From Kofleriaceae bacterium (GTDB lineage Bacteria > Myxococcota_A > Polyangia > Haliangiales > Haliangiaceae), in NCBI GenBank assembly GCA_046597055.1, contig JBKJLC010000013.1, positions 14,117 to 78,116 of the forward strand: a stretch of DNA of 64,000 nucleotides, written 5' to 3'. Of this stretch, positions 1-12,794 are shown in pieces. The notes under the pieces are model-generated. The model saw only the letters and a program-made list of their open reading frames with translations. It made no database searches and had not been told where the DNA came from. The position numbers and the translations under genes were made by a program. Within the stretch, counting starts at the first letter, position 1. Every line of letters begins with the position of its first letter.

Positions 1-2
1 AC

Positions 3-302
3 GCTGCCGCGGGCGTAGCCACCCAGGGTGCCGCAGCGGACCGCGAGCAGGTCGCACCAGGCCACCAGGTTGGCGGCGAGCCGGTCGAACAGCTCGTGGC
101 GGGTGACCAGCTGCGGTGACCTGATCGAGAAGTGAGTGCGCTCGACCTGGCCGTGGAGATCGACCGTGGCGGCAATGGCGTCGCTGAGCACGGCGGCGAG
201 CTGCGCGCGCACGTTGGGCGTGACCGCGACGCGGCTGCTGGGAAACCGCATGTCCGGCTCGCGGACGATGCGGGGAGTGCGTTGCAAGCGAGATCCGGTC
301 AT
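3..302 (-). CDS. Dps/ferritin-like protein, divergent (3' end runs off the window)
   Basis: Not in the ORF track; translated by hand from ATG 302 (GGAG RBS at 308-311): ...LSDAIAATVDLHGQVERTHFSIRSPQLVTRHELFDRLAANLVAWCDLLAVRCGTLGGYARGS. This follows the Dps pattern HWN..G.....HELFD......D.IAER...LGG. Confidence 0.65.
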   Translation of the reverse strand, partial: MTGSRLQRTPRIVREPDMRFPSSRVAVTPNVRAQLAAVLSDAIAATVDLHGQVERTHFSIRSPQLVTRHELFDRLAANLVAWCDLLAVRCGTLGGYARGS

Positions 303-312
303 GGTGGCTCCG

Positions 313-1338
313 TCAGGTGGGTGCGAACGCTGGGGCGTCGCGGTGCTCGAGCAGGCGGGCGGCCCAGTCGAGGTCGGGGTGCTGCTCGAGCACGAGCTTG
401 AGGACCATCGTCAGTGGCACCGCGAGGAGTGCACCTACCGGGCCAAGCACGAAGCCCCACAGCGTCAGGGCCAGCAGGACCACCAGCGGCGACAGGCCGA
501 CCACACGACCGAGCACGCGCGGCTCGATGACCCCGCCGAGGACGACGTTGATGACGAGGAAGCCGACGCCGGTGACGACGGCGGCGCCGGCCCCCATCGT
601 GAGCGCGGCGGCGGCCACCGGTGGCACCGCGGCAGCGAGCGGACCGAGCACCGGCACGAAGTTGAGGATGAAGGTCAGGCTGGCCCACAGCGTCGGCGAG
701 TCGAGCCCGAGCGCGAAGGTCATCACGCCCACCGCCGCCGCCTTGGCCGCGCTGGTGAGCATCTTGATGAACAGGTAGCGCTGCATGTCGGTCAGGGCGT
801 TGATGGTCCGCTCGGCCTCGGCCGACCGGGTGCTGAAGCCGAACGCCCGGCGCAGGCGGGTCGAGAACGTCGGCGCCTCGAGCTGGATGAAGACCGTCAG
901 CAGCAGCACCATCAGCAGGGTGGCCAGGAGCCCGCCCATCAGCTCGACCGAGCCGGCGAGCGCCCGGCCCGCCCAGGCCTCGACGTCCAGCCGGGCCAGC
1001 TGCCCGGCCGGTCCCGCCAGCGAGCGCTCGCTGAGCCAGCGGACCGCCTCGTGTCGAGTCTGCTCGAGCTCGACCCGGTACTGCGGGACCGCGGCGATCG
1101 CCTGGCCGAGCACGGTCGCGGCAAGCAGCCCCAGCAGCGCCAGCACCACCGTCACCACCACGATCGTCACCAGCGAGGTCACCCCCACCGGCCAGCCGTG
1201 GGCGGACACCCGGCGCGAGACCGGCTGGAAGGCGATCGCGATGCACGCAGCCACCAGCAGCGGCACCACCACGCCGGCGGCGAGGTGCAGCGCGGCGAGG
1301 ACCACGACGATCGCGGCGGTGGCGGCGACGGCGTTCAC
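313..1338 (-). CDS. AI-2E (PerM/TqsA) family transporter
   Basis: Multi-TM protein with LNFVPVLG, IEPRVLGRVVGLSPLVVLLAL and WGFVLGPVGALLAVPLT motifs. Confidence 0.9.
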   Translation of the reverse strand: MNAVAATAAIVVVLAALHLAAGVVVPLLVAACIAIAFQPVSRRVSAHGWPVGVTSLVTIVVVTVVLALLGLLAATVLGQAIAAVPQYRVELEQTRHEAVRWLSERSLAGPAGQLARLDVEAWAGRALAGSVELMGGLLATLLMVLLLTVFIQLEAPTFSTRLRRAFGFSTRSAEAERTINALTDMQRYLFIKMLTSAAKAAAVGVMTFALGLDSPTLWASLTFILNFVPVLGPLAAAVPPVAAAALTMGAGAAVVTGVGFLVINVVLGGVIEPRVLGRVVGLSPLVVLLALTLWGFVLGPVGALLAVPLTMVLKLVLEQHPDLDWAARLLEHRDAPAFAPT

Positions 1339-1345
1339 GTCAGAA

Positions 1346-1507
1346 TCAGGACGAGCGACGGTTGAACAAGAACGACGCGGCCGCGAGGACCAGCGCGACG
1401 ATGAAGACGATCTTGGCGGCGCCGGCCGCGGTGGCGGCGATGCCGGTGAAGCCGAACACGGCGGCGATCAGCGCGATCACGAAGAAGACGATGGCCCATT
1501 CGAACAT
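1346..1507 (-). CDS. DUF1328 (UPF0391) small membrane protein
   Basis: [35 protein letters not shown] signature; GGAG RBS upstream of ATG 1507. Confidence 0.9.
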   Translation of the reverse strand: MFEWAIVFFVIALIAAVFGFTGIAATAAGAAKIVFIVALVLAAASFLFNRRSS

Positions 1508-1537
1508 GGCGGACTCCTGGCTGGTCGTTCCGCCTTC

Positions 1538-1553
1538 TTCACATGTCGTGCCT
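1538..1553 (-). promoter_or_regulatory. Possible sigma54 promoter for the DUF1328/AI-2E/Dps-like genes
   Basis: AGGCACGACATGTGAA: good -24 element (GGCACG), but GA rather than GC at -12. Confidence 0.35.
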
Positions 1554-1681
1554 TGTTCACGGCCCGGGAAATTCCGCGTGTGGACCGCAGATCCAGGCCG
1601 GGCGTGCGTGCGGGCAGGCCCGTTGAGGCGCCACCGCACGGGGTGCGTCGTGACCGCTCTCGGGACCCGCCCACCCGCGCG

Positions 1682-1697
1682 CGGCACAGCGCGTGCT
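1682..1697 (+). promoter_or_regulatory. Predicted sigma54 (-24/-12) promoter
   Basis: CGGCACAGCGCGTGCT = GG-N10-GC, just upstream of ATG 1713. Confidence 0.55.
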
Positions 1698-1712
1698 TTG
1701 TTCGGCGTCACC

Positions 1713-2843
1713 ATGCGACCGCTGTTGGCCGTTGCCGCGCTGCTGGTCGTGCTGTTCGCGGCACGGATCGCGTCGCCGGTCATCGGTCCACTCCTGCTCG
1801 CCGGCGTGCTCGCGATCGCGTTCGACCCCATGACCACGGCGTTGACCCGGCGCGGGGTCCCGCGCTGGGGCGCCGCGCTGGCCACCACCACCGCGATCCT
1901 CGCGGTCGTGATCGGCATCTCGTTCATCGTGATCCAGGCCGCCAGCGAGCTGGTCGATCATCTCCCGACCTACGGGCCGCGCGTCACGGCGCTGCAGGAC
2001 GGCATGCGCGAGTGGCTGGTGGCGCAGGGCTTCGAGCGCACCGCCACCTCGATGGCCGACGTCGACGCGGCCGGCCGGCTCAAGGGCCTGGCCGAGCCCG
2101 CGCTGATGACGTCGATCGGCGTGGTCCAGACGCTCATCATCGTGGTCATCACGGTCGCCTTCATCCAGATCGACGCGCCCGGCGTGCGCGACGCGATCCG
2201 GCGCAAGTTCCGGTCGCGGACCCGGGTCGCCGAGCTCGATCACGCGATCGACGAGATCCAGCGCTACGTGATCGTGAAGGGCCTCATCTCGGGGGCCAAC
2301 GGCCTGCTGCTCGGCCTGTGGTGCTGGCTGTGGGGCGTCGACGCGCCGGTGCTGTGGGGGGTGATCGCGTTCGCGCTCAACTTCGTACCGATCGTCGGCA
2401 GCCTGGTGTCGGCGGCGCCGCCCGTGCTGCTCACGCTCCTGGTCGCCGGGCCCGGCCCTGCGCTCGGGGTCGCGTCGGGATACATCGCGGTCAACCTGGT
2501 GGTCGACAACATCATCGAGCCGCGGGTCATGGGTCGGGCCTGCGGGGTCTCGCCGCTGGTGATCCTGCTCGCGATGCTGTTCTGGGGCTTCGTGCTCGGG
2601 CCGATCGGCGCGCTGTTGTCGGTGCCCCTGGTGGTGGCGGTGAAGGCGATGGTCTCGGCGTCGCCGGAGCACCGCTGGATCGTGGCGTTCCTCGAGGACG
2701 TGCCGGCGCCGGCGCGCGCCACCGCGCTCGTCCGCCGCGACGACTCGTGCATCAGCATGCCGCTGCCGGCGCCCGCCCCTGCTGCCGAGCCGGTCGCCGG
2801 GCCGGTCGCCGTGATCGAGCAGCCGACCCCGGCGACGCGCTGA
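1713..2843 (+). CDS. AI-2E family transporter (second paralog)
   Basis: [26 protein letters not shown] and [16 protein letters not shown] motifs; start moved to ATG 1713. Confidence 0.9.
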   Translation: MRPLLAVAALLVVLFAARIASPVIGPLLLAGVLAIAFDPMTTALTRRGVPRWGAALATTTAILAVVIGISFIVIQAASELVDHLPTYGPRVTALQDGMREWLVAQGFERTATSMADVDAAGRLKGLAEPALMTSIGVVQTLIIVVITVAFIQIDAPGVRDAIRRKFRSRTRVAELDHAIDEIQRYVIVKGLISGANGLLLGLWCWLWGVDAPVLWGVIAFALNFVPIVGSLVSAAPPVLLTLLVAGPGPALGVASGYIAVNLVVDNIIEPRVMGRACGVSPLVILLAMLFWGFVLGPIGALLSVPLVVAVKAMVSASPEHRWIVAFLEDVPAPARATALVRRDDSCISMPLPAPAPAAEPVAGPVAVIEQPTPATR

Positions 2844-2855
2844 CCGCGGCCGCGG

Positions 2856-4214
<1,359 letters not shown>

Positions 4215-4303
4215 GGGGCCGACCCTAGCACCGCTGCCAGCACCGTGCAGCAACCGAGGGCCCCGTTGCGCGGCGACGGCAGCGCCGTTTGTCGGGGGAC
4301 CGG

Positions 4304-4768
4304 TCAGGCTGCGGGCGCCAGCGACCGGACCAGCGCGAGCGCCTCCTTGACGTGGCGGTGGACCTGGATCTGGGAGTCGAAGCGGTGGCGGATCTTGCCG
4401 GTGGTGTCGATCACGAACGTGACCCGGCCCTGGATCAGCCCGAACGTCTTCTTCACGGCGAACGCCTTGGCCGCGACGCCGTCGGGGTCGGTCAGCAGGC
4501 GGAAGGGCAGCCGATGGTTGGCCTTGAACTTCGCGTGCGACTCGGCCGAGTCGCGCGACACGCCGATCACGTCGGCGCCGGCGCCGACGAAGTCCTCGTA
4601 CTGATCGCGGAACGAGCAGGCCTCCGCGGTGCAGCCCGCGGTCTCGTCCTTGGGATAGAAGTAGAGGACCAGCGTGCGTGCGCTGAACAGGTCGCGCAGG
4701 CGGACGGGGCCCTCGGGGCCGGTGAAGGTGACATCGGGGACCTGGTCACCGGGCTGCGCGTCGGACAT
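4304..4768 (-). CDS. bcp: Peroxiredoxin, BCP/PrxQ family
   Basis: YFYPKDETAGCTAEACSFRD and GRVTFVID motifs. Confidence 0.92.
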   Translation of the reverse strand: MSDAQPGDQVPDVTFTGPEGPVRLRDLFSARTLVLYFYPKDETAGCTAEACSFRDQYEDFVGAGADVIGVSRDSAESHAKFKANHRLPFRLLTDPDGVAAKAFAVKKTFGLIQGRVTFVIDTTGKIRHRFDSQIQVHRHVKEALALVRSLAPAA

Positions 4769-4840
4769 GCCGCTACGATGCCGCACGGGGGCGCCGCCGT
4801 CACCCGTGAGCGCGCGTCGTCGTGCTAGAACCGCCCGCGG

Positions 4841-6313
<1,473 letters not shown>

Positions 6314-6316
6314 CGG

Positions 6317-7180
6317 CTACGAGACGACCTTGATGGTCGTGATGCCGCGCAGCTCACCGCCGATCTCCCAGGTGTCGCCCTTCTTGCGGAACACCCGGAA
6401 CCGGATCACGCCGGACTTGTTGAGCTTGATGTAGAGGATGGTCCGGGCCGGGTCGAAGTCGGCGCCCTCGAGCCGCAGCGACGCGCCCTCGCTGTCGCTC
6501 AGCTGGATCACCTTGGCGTCGGCGATGCCGGCCGCCTTCATCACGTCGAGAAAGCTCCAGCCCGGCGTCTCGGTGTCGCCGACCGGCGCGGTCACCGACG
6601 GCAGCGGCGCCAGCTTGTCGCCGGTGAACGTGGTGGTACCGGCCCGGGTCTCGATCGTGATCTTGAGGTCGGCGGTCGGCTCGGGCCGGGTCCCGTCGCC
6701 CTGGCCGCCACCGCTGCCGTGCTCGTGCTCGCCGCTGGCGGCGCCGCCGCCGGTTGCCTTGGTCCGGATCGTCACCTTGCTGACGCGCGCGACCGGCGCA
6801 TCGAGCTGGCGCGGGTTGGCGGGCAGCACGAAGCCGAAGCTCGCGCCCGGCTCCGCGAACCCGAGCGCGGGCGTCTGGCCGGGGTGGTTGGTCGCCGGCG
6901 TCAGGGTGGTGTGCACCTTGTCGGCCGCGTCGATCACCTCGATCGCGAGCCACTTGTCGAGCGGCGGGGCGGTCGGGGCCAGCGCGGCCAGCGGCTGCGG
7001 GGTCGCGTCGAGGGTGACCTCGCTCGCGACCTGCTGGTCGTCGACGAAGATCGCGACCGCGACCTTGCGTGGCGTGGCCACGACCGAGCCGGTGCCACCG
7101 CCGGTGTTGTCCTGCTTCTTGCACGCGGGAACGGTGAGGGCGGTGGCCAGCGCCAGCCCGACGACAAGACGGCGCAACAT
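6317..7180 (-). CDS. Hypothetical lipoprotein
   Basis: Signal peptide ending VPAC; two globular regions joined by a Gly/His-rich linker. Confidence 0.75.
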   Translation of the reverse strand: MLRRLVVGLALATALTVPACKKQDNTGGGTGSVVATPRKVAVAIFVDDQQVASEVTLDATPQPLAALAPTAPPLDKWLAIEVIDAADKVHTTLTPATNHPGQTPALGFAEPGASFGFVLPANPRQLDAPVARVSKVTIRTKATGGGAASGEHEHGSGGGQGDGTRPEPTADLKITIETRAGTTTFTGDKLAPLPSVTAPVGDTETPGWSFLDVMKAAGIADAKVIQLSDSEGASLRLEGADFDPARTILYIKLNKSGVIRFRVFRKKGDTWEIGGELRGITTIKVVS

Positions 7181-7190
7181 GCGCGAGATC

Positions 7191-7760
7191 CTACTCGATC
7201 CAGCGCACCGGCGAGAGCCGCGACGCCTCGGCGATCGCCTCGCGCGGCATGCGCACGCGCACCGCGGTTCGCCCGCTCCAGACCACGCGGCCGCCGCGCC
7301 AGGTCACCCACGCGCCGACCGCGGCGACCTCGGCCGCGGTCGCGTCCGCGAACAGATCGATGCGCGCCTCGGGCAGCTCGGTCGCCCGGTCGTGCAGGAG
7401 CGACCGGCGATCGGCCGGCTGCAGGATCGCGATCCCGAGCACCCCGGGGCGGGCCGCCAGCGCGTCGCGCGCCGCGGCCGACAGCCGCACGACGTAGCCG
7501 TCGTCGCCCATGATGTCGTCGGTGACGCCGAGCTCGGCGCGCAGGGCGGTGCGCACCGCGTCGTCCGCCGCGAGCCGCACCACGTAGGCGCCGCGGTCGT
7601 CGGGCGCGTAGCGCAGGATCGGCTCGGGGTACGCGAACAGCGGCACCGGCGCGCCCGCGACCGCCACGACCGTCCACGGGTCGGGTGGCGCCGGGGGTGG
7701 CGTCGGCGCGGCGCCGCACGCGAGGGTCAGCAAGAGGGACAGCACGGCCGGCGTTCGCAC
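7191..7760 (-). CDS. Lipoprotein resembling a stand-alone subtilase (S8) pro-domain
   Basis: GTG start, LTLAC lipobox; YVVRL...LAARPGVLGIAILQPADR and ...ASRLSPVRWIE-stop resemble subtilase propeptide ends; no catalytic domain follows. Confidence 0.5.
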   Translation of the reverse strand: MRTPAVLSLLLTLACGAAPTPPPAPPDPWTVVAVAGAPVPLFAYPEPILRYAPDDRGAYVVRLAADDAVRTALRAELGVTDDIMGDDGYVVRLSAAARDALAARPGVLGIAILQPADRRSLLHDRATELPEARIDLFADATAAEVAAVGAWVTWRGGRVVWSGRTAVRVRMPREAIAEASRLSPVRWIE

Positions 7761-7824
7761 CCGCGCATCATAGGGCCCGCGAATGGCTTGCGTGCGCGAC
7801 GAGCGCGCCAGTAAGTTCCGCCGG

Positions 7825-9480
7825 ATGTCGTCGGTAACCTCGAGGAGCCGGTTCGTCGCGGTCTTCCTCATGCTCGAGCTCGTGGTCGGTGCCGCGCTCT
7901 GGTTCGGCCTCGGTGATCGCGGCGCCGCCAGCGCGCAGCCCGCCGCCGCAACCAGCGCCCAGCCGGCCGTCGTGGCGCCCCCGCCTCCCGCCGCCGGGCC
8001 TGCCGCCGCCGACGCGACCGCCGCGCCCAAGGCGCCGGCCGCGTGTCCGCGCAAGAAGTCGAGCCCGCCCCGCGACCTGGCCCAGGACCTGCTGCCGATC
8101 GGCATCCTGATCGCCGTCATCGCGGTGGTCCTGCTGCGCCTGCCCAAGGTCGAGCTCGGCCACAGCAAGGCGTTCAAGCGGCGCCGGCTGCTCAACTGGC
8201 TGCCGCTCGGCCTGACCTACTCGTTCCTGTACATGGGCCGGTACAACATCAAGCAGTTCGAGGGTATCGGGCTGACCGAGATCGAGTACGGCACCGTGTT
8301 CGGCGTCGGCTCGGCGGTCTACGGCCTCGCCTTCCTGCTCAACGGTCCGCTCGCCGATCGCTGGGGCGGGCGGGTGACCATCCTGCTCGCCGCCGCCGGC
8401 TCGGCCGCCGCCAACCTGTGGATGGGCTACATGGCCGCGACCGGCGAGACCATGGGCATGTCGGTGGCGACCGCGTTCACGGTCGCGTTCGCGACCAACA
8501 TGTACTTCCAGAGCTTCGGCGCGGTGTCGATCGTCAAGGTCAACGCCGCCTGGTTCCACCTGCGCGAGCGCGGCACCTTCGGCGGCATCTTCGGCATCCT
8601 GATCTCGCTCGGCCTGTACTTCGCCTACGACGTCGGCAAGCGCATCACCGAGGTCTTCCAGATCGAGTGGCTGTTCTACATCCCGGCGCTGCTGCTGGTG
8701 CTGTTCTTCGGGCTGTCGTTCCTGTTCGTGCGCGACAACCCGTCGGACACCGGCCACCCCGACTTCGATCTGGGCGACGCCACCCGCGAGGGCGAGGTCA
8801 TCACCGCCAAGCAGGTGTTCATCCGGCTGATCACGCATCCGGTGATCCTGACCGTGGCGCTGATCGAGCTGTGCTCGGGCTTCTTGCGCCAGGCGATCCT
8901 CCAGTGGGGCCCCAACTTCGGCAAGGGCCTCGGCCTCGGCAACACGTTCGTCTTCCAGAACTGGGGCATGGTGTCGTGCATCGCCGGCATCACCGGCGGC
9001 ATCTTCGCCGGCGCGATCTCCGACCACATGTTCAACTCGCGGCGGAGCCCGGTGTCGGCGGTGCTCTACGGCATCATGCTCGGCGGCGCGATCCTGATCG
9101 TCCCGCTGTTCGCCGCGCCGGCCGGGATCGGCTGGGTGGTGGCGTTCATGTCGATGGCGATCATCGGCGTGCACGGCATGCTGACCGCGACGATGTCGAT
9201 GGACTTCGCCGGCAAGAAGAACACCGGCATGGCGGTCGGCCTGATCGACGGCTTCGTCTACATCGGCTCGACCATCCAGTCGTTCCTCTACGGCGCCTAC
9301 CTGCCGGCCGCCAAGGTCCGCGACCCGGTCACCGACTGCCTGGTGACCAACCCCGAGGCCAGCAAGATCGACAACTGGGCGATCTGGCCGTACGCGATGA
9401 TCCCGGTGTCGCTGATCGGCCTCGTGCTCACCCTGCGCATCTGGAACGCGAAGCCGACCCGCGGCGGCGGCGGCCACTGA
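7825..9480 (+). CDS. MFS transporter, OPA (GlpT/UhpC-like) family, with N-terminal extension
   Basis: YMGRYN, NGPLADRWGGR, WFHLRERGTFGG, VRDNPSDTG, GLIDGFVYIGS motifs. Confidence 0.88.
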   Translation: MSSVTSRSRFVAVFLMLELVVGAALWFGLGDRGAASAQPAAATSAQPAVVAPPPPAAGPAAADATAAPKAPAACPRKKSSPPRDLAQDLLPIGILIAVIAVVLLRLPKVELGHSKAFKRRRLLNWLPLGLTYSFLYMGRYNIKQFEGIGLTEIEYGTVFGVGSAVYGLAFLLNGPLADRWGGRVTILLAAAGSAAANLWMGYMAATGETMGMSVATAFTVAFATNMYFQSFGAVSIVKVNAAWFHLRERGTFGGIFGILISLGLYFAYDVGKRITEVFQIEWLFYIPALLLVLFFGLSFLFVRDNPSDTGHPDFDLGDATREGEVITAKQVFIRLITHPVILTVALIELCSGFLRQAILQWGPNFGKGLGLGNTFVFQNWGMVSCIAGITGGIFAGAISDHMFNSRRSPVSAVLYGIMLGGAILIVPLFAAPAGIGWVVAFMSMAIIGVHGMLTATMSMDFAGKKNTGMAVGLIDGFVYIGSTIQSFLYGAYLPAAKVRDPVTDCLVTNPEASKIDNWAIWPYAMIPVSLIGLVLTLRIWNAKPTRGGGGH

Positions 9481-9504
9481 CCGTCCGCCGCGCGGGCCCG
9501 GTGG

Positions 9505-12500
9505 TCACAGCGGGTTGGGCAACACGAACAGGTGGCGGGTCGTGGGCGGCGCCGTGCTCACAGCGATCAGCGCGAAGTAGCGACCATCGCTCGACAGGCT
9601 GGGGTGCGAGCTCGCCTGGCCGCTCGGGACCGCGATGGAGTGCGCCCGGTTGGCGAATCGATCCTGGAACCAGATCGTGGTGCCTCCCTGGGTCGTGAGA
9701 TAGCGGCCATCGGCCGACAGGCTCAGGGTCGTGCAGTACTCGGCATTGGCCATGGTCGTCGTGATGGCTTGGCGATCGCGAACATACGCCCGCGAGAAGA
9801 CATCGGTCGTCCCCGGCGCGAAGGTGGTGGCCTCCGACAGGAACCCGACGAAGCGGCCATCGTCGGACAGCACCGGGAACTGGCTCTCCTGGTCCGACTC
9901 GGTGCCGGTCGAGCCCACGCTCACGCGCTCGGTGACACCGGTGCTGCGCTGGTGGATGAACACGTCGGAGCGAACGTTGCCATCGCCCGCCACCAGGTTG
10001 GACGCCGGCGAGGCAAAGGCGACGAAGCGACCGTCGCCGCTGATCGCCGCATGGCTGGAGCCCTGGTCGGCCTCGCCACCGCCGGTCCGGACGCTGACCC
10101 GGGTGGTGACCCCGGCCTCGAGATCGCGCACGAAGACGTCGGCGGCGCCGTTCGCGTCATTGGCGACCAGTTGGAAGCCGGTCGAGACGAACACGACCAC
10201 CTGGCCATTGGCCGAGAGGTCCGGATCCCGACTGTCACCCGTGACCTGGGCGCCGCCCGGGCCGACGCTGGCGCGGACGGTGGTGCCGGTCACGCGGTCG
10301 TGGACGAAGACATCGACGGCGCCATTGGTGTCGCCCGGGACCAGGCTGCTGGCCGCCGAGGCGAACGCGACGTAGCGACCATCGGCCGAGATCCGTGGCC
10401 GCTCGCTGGCGGCGTCGGCCTGGACGCCGGCGCTCGACACGCTGACCCGATCGAAGCTGCCGTCGACCCGGTCATAGACGAACACGTCCTCGAGGTTGTT
10501 GGTGTCCCCGGGCGTCAGCGCGGCGGCCGACAGGAGCGTCAGGTAGCGACCATCCGCCGACAGATCCTGCTGCACGCCGCTGCCGCGGAGCCCGGTGGCT
10601 GCGGCGATCCGCTCGACAGGCACGCCCGCGGGAAACAGATCGAGGCCGACTCGCACCACGCCGGTCGACGTCGCGCCGGTGGCATCCCGCACCGTGTACG
10701 AGAACCGATCGGTGCCGGTGAACCCGGCCGCCGGCGTGAAGACGACGTCGTCGCCGCTGATCACGATCGAGCCATGGTCGGGCGCGGTCGCGCCGTCGAG
10801 GGTCATCACGTCGCCATCGACGTCGACGTCGTTGCCGAGGACCTCGATGGTCAGCGGCCGGCCGGCGGTCGCGACCGCGGCGTCGTCGCGCACGGTCGGA
10901 GGGTCGTTGATGGAGGAGACGTTGATCGTGACGGTCGCCGGCACACTTGCCAGGGCCCCCTCGGCGGCCTGGAACTGGAAGCCGTCCATGCCGTGGTAGT
11001 CGCGGTTGGGCGTGTAGCGGTACCGGCCGGCGCCCAGCGAGACCAGCGCGCCGCGGGTGGGGGCGGTGGTGGTCGCGAAGGTCAGCGCGGCCCCTTCGAC
11101 GTCATGCCCGGCCAGATCGATGATCACCGGTTCGTCCTCGCGCGTGGCCACGATCGCGGCGGTCGCGGTCGGCGGGTCGTTGACCGCCGCGACCTGGAGC
11201 CAGACCGTCTGCGGCGCCGTGGCCTGGCGACCATCGCTGACGGTGAACGTGAAGCTGTCGGTTCCGTTGAAGTTGGCGGCGCCGAGGTAGGTCAGCGCCG
11301 GCGCGGTCCCGGTCAGGGTGCCGCGGGTCGGGCCGGTGATCGTGAAGGTGAGCGGATCGCCATCGTCATCACGGGCGGCGAGAATCACCGCGCGCGACAC
11401 GTCCTCGCTGGCCGCGACCGTCTGGCCGGTCGCGATCGGCGCGTCCTCGACCGAGGCGACCGTGACCGCCACCGTCGCCGGCGCCGACGTCAGCGTGCCG
11501 TCCGAGACGGTGAAGGTGAAGGCGTCGACACCGTGAAGGTTGGCCGTCGGCAGGTAGCTGTGGTTGCCGCCTGACGAGGGCGCCACGGTGCCGCGGGTCG
11601 GGTGGGTCGCGATCGCGAAGGTCAGCCGGTCGCCGTCGACGTCGGCCCCGCCCAGGGAGATCCAGGTCCTGATGTCCTCGGTGGCCGCCAGCGCCCCCGG
11701 GGTCGCCACCGGCGCGTCGTTGACCGGGGTGATGGTCACGCTGACCGTGGCCGGCGCCGAGGTCGCCAGCTGGTCACTGGCGCTGAACCGGAAGCTGTCG
11801 GGGCCGTGATAGTTGGCGGCCGGCGTGTAGGTCAGGTCAGGCGCGGTCCCGGTCAGGGTGCCGTGCGCGGGCGGGGTGGTCACCACGTAGGTGAGCCCGA
11901 CGCCGACGCTCGATCCCGCGACCGCCCGCACCGTCACCGCCACCGGCACGTCCTCTGCGGTGGTCGCGGTGGCGGCCTGGGCCACCGGGGGCTGACCGAC
12001 CCCGACCGTGATCGCCAGCGTCGCCGGCGCCGAGGTCAGCTGACCGTCGCGGGCGACGAAGGTCACCGCGTCCTCACCGACGTAGTTGGCAGCGGGGGTG
12101 TAGGTGGGGAACGGACCGTCCCCGGTGAGCGTGCCGTGGGCCGGGCCGTTGGTGACCTCGAACGTCAGCACGTCGCCGTCGACGTCGGTGCCGGCCAGTT
12201 CCACCGCCACCGTGGCGTTGCGCGCGGCGGTGGCAGCCCGGGCCACCGCCACCGGGGCATCGTTGACCGGCCGCACCGTCACGATCGCGCTGCTCCGGGC
12301 GCGGCGGAGGCCATCGCTGATCCGGTACTCGATCAGGAGGTCGCCGTGGAAGTCCGGGGCGGGCGTCAGCCGCGCCTTGCCGTCCTCGATCACGACCTGG
12401 TGGTCTCCGGAGGCGGTCACCGACCGCAGGTCGAGAACGTCGCCCTCGGGGTCGGAGTCGTTGGCGAGCAGGTCGATCAGGATCGAGACGTCCTCGTCGG

Positions 12501-12606
12501 TGGTCGCCACGTCGTCGACCGCCACCGGGTACTGGTTCTCGGGGGCATCCCCGGAGCAGCCGGCGACGGTCGCGGCGAGAAGGAGGGCAGGAAGCGTGCT
12601 GCGCAT
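9505..12606 (-). CDS. Surface lipoprotein with tandem Ig/cadherin-like (Big_9-type) repeats and a C-terminal TolB-like beta-propeller
   Basis: VAGC lipobox; repeated PVNDAPVA...DVDGD.LTF...P.HGTL...YTP.ANY.G.DSF units; SADGRYVAF propeller repeats. Confidence 0.88.
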   Translation of the reverse strand: MRSTLPALLLAATVAGCSGDAPENQYPVAVDDVATTDEDVSILIDLLANDSDPEGDVLDLRSVTASGDHQVVIEDGKARLTPAPDFHGDLLIEYRISDGLRRARSSAIVTVRPVNDAPVAVARAATAARNATVAVELAGTDVDGDVLTFEVTNGPAHGTLTGDGPFPTYTPAANYVGEDAVTFVARDGQLTSAPATLAITVGVGQPPVAQAATATTAEDVPVAVTVRAVAGSSVGVGLTYVVTTPPAHGTLTGTAPDLTYTPAANYHGPDSFRFSASDQLATSAPATVSVTITPVNDAPVATPGALAATEDIRTWISLGGADVDGDRLTFAIATHPTRGTVAPSSGGNHSYLPTANLHGVDAFTFTVSDGTLTSAPATVAVTVASVEDAPIATGQTVAASEDVSRAVILAARDDDGDPLTFTITGPTRGTLTGTAPALTYLGAANFNGTDSFTFTVSDGRQATAPQTVWLQVAAVNDPPTATAAIVATREDEPVIIDLAGHDVEGAALTFATTTAPTRGALVSLGAGRYRYTPNRDYHGMDGFQFQAAEGALASVPATVTINVSSINDPPTVRDDAAVATAGRPLTIEVLGNDVDVDGDVMTLDGATAPDHGSIVISGDDVVFTPAAGFTGTDRFSYTVRDATGATSTGVVRVGLDLFPAGVPVERIAAATGLRGSGVQQDLSADGRYLTLLSAAALTPGDTNNLEDVFVYDRVDGSFDRVSVSSAGVQADAASERPRISADGRYVAFASAASSLVPGDTNGAVDVFVHDRVTGTTVRASVGPGGAQVTGDSRDPDLSANGQVVVFVSTGFQLVANDANGAADVFVRDLEAGVTTRVSVRTGGGEADQGSSHAAISGDGRFVAFASPASNLVAGDGNVRSDVFIHQRSTGVTERVSVGSTGTESDQESQFPVLSDDGRFVGFLSEATTFAPGTTDVFSRAYVRDRQAITTTMANAEYCTTLSLSADGRYLTTQGGTTIWFQDRFANRAHSIAVPSGQASSHPSLSSDGRYFALIAVSTAPPTTRHLFVLPNPL

Positions 12607-12794
12607 GTGACGCCGTAACCCACGCGTACCCGACCGTGCGCAGGCAAAGATCCATGTGCCCGGCGTTGCCGCTCTTTGATCGGGAAGGCCGCCGCGGGCC
12701 CGCGGGCGCCGCCATCGTGATCGAGCCAGCGGCCGGGCGGCCGGACGGCTTTTGGGATGCGGCGGCCGCGCCCAGTGGGTATGGTCCGCGCCCC

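Noticed and set aside
4249..4264. Sigma54 promoter for the response regulator (GGGGCCCTCGGTTGCT, minus strand)
   Set aside because: The -12 is good but the -24 is poor, so it is not reported as a feature.
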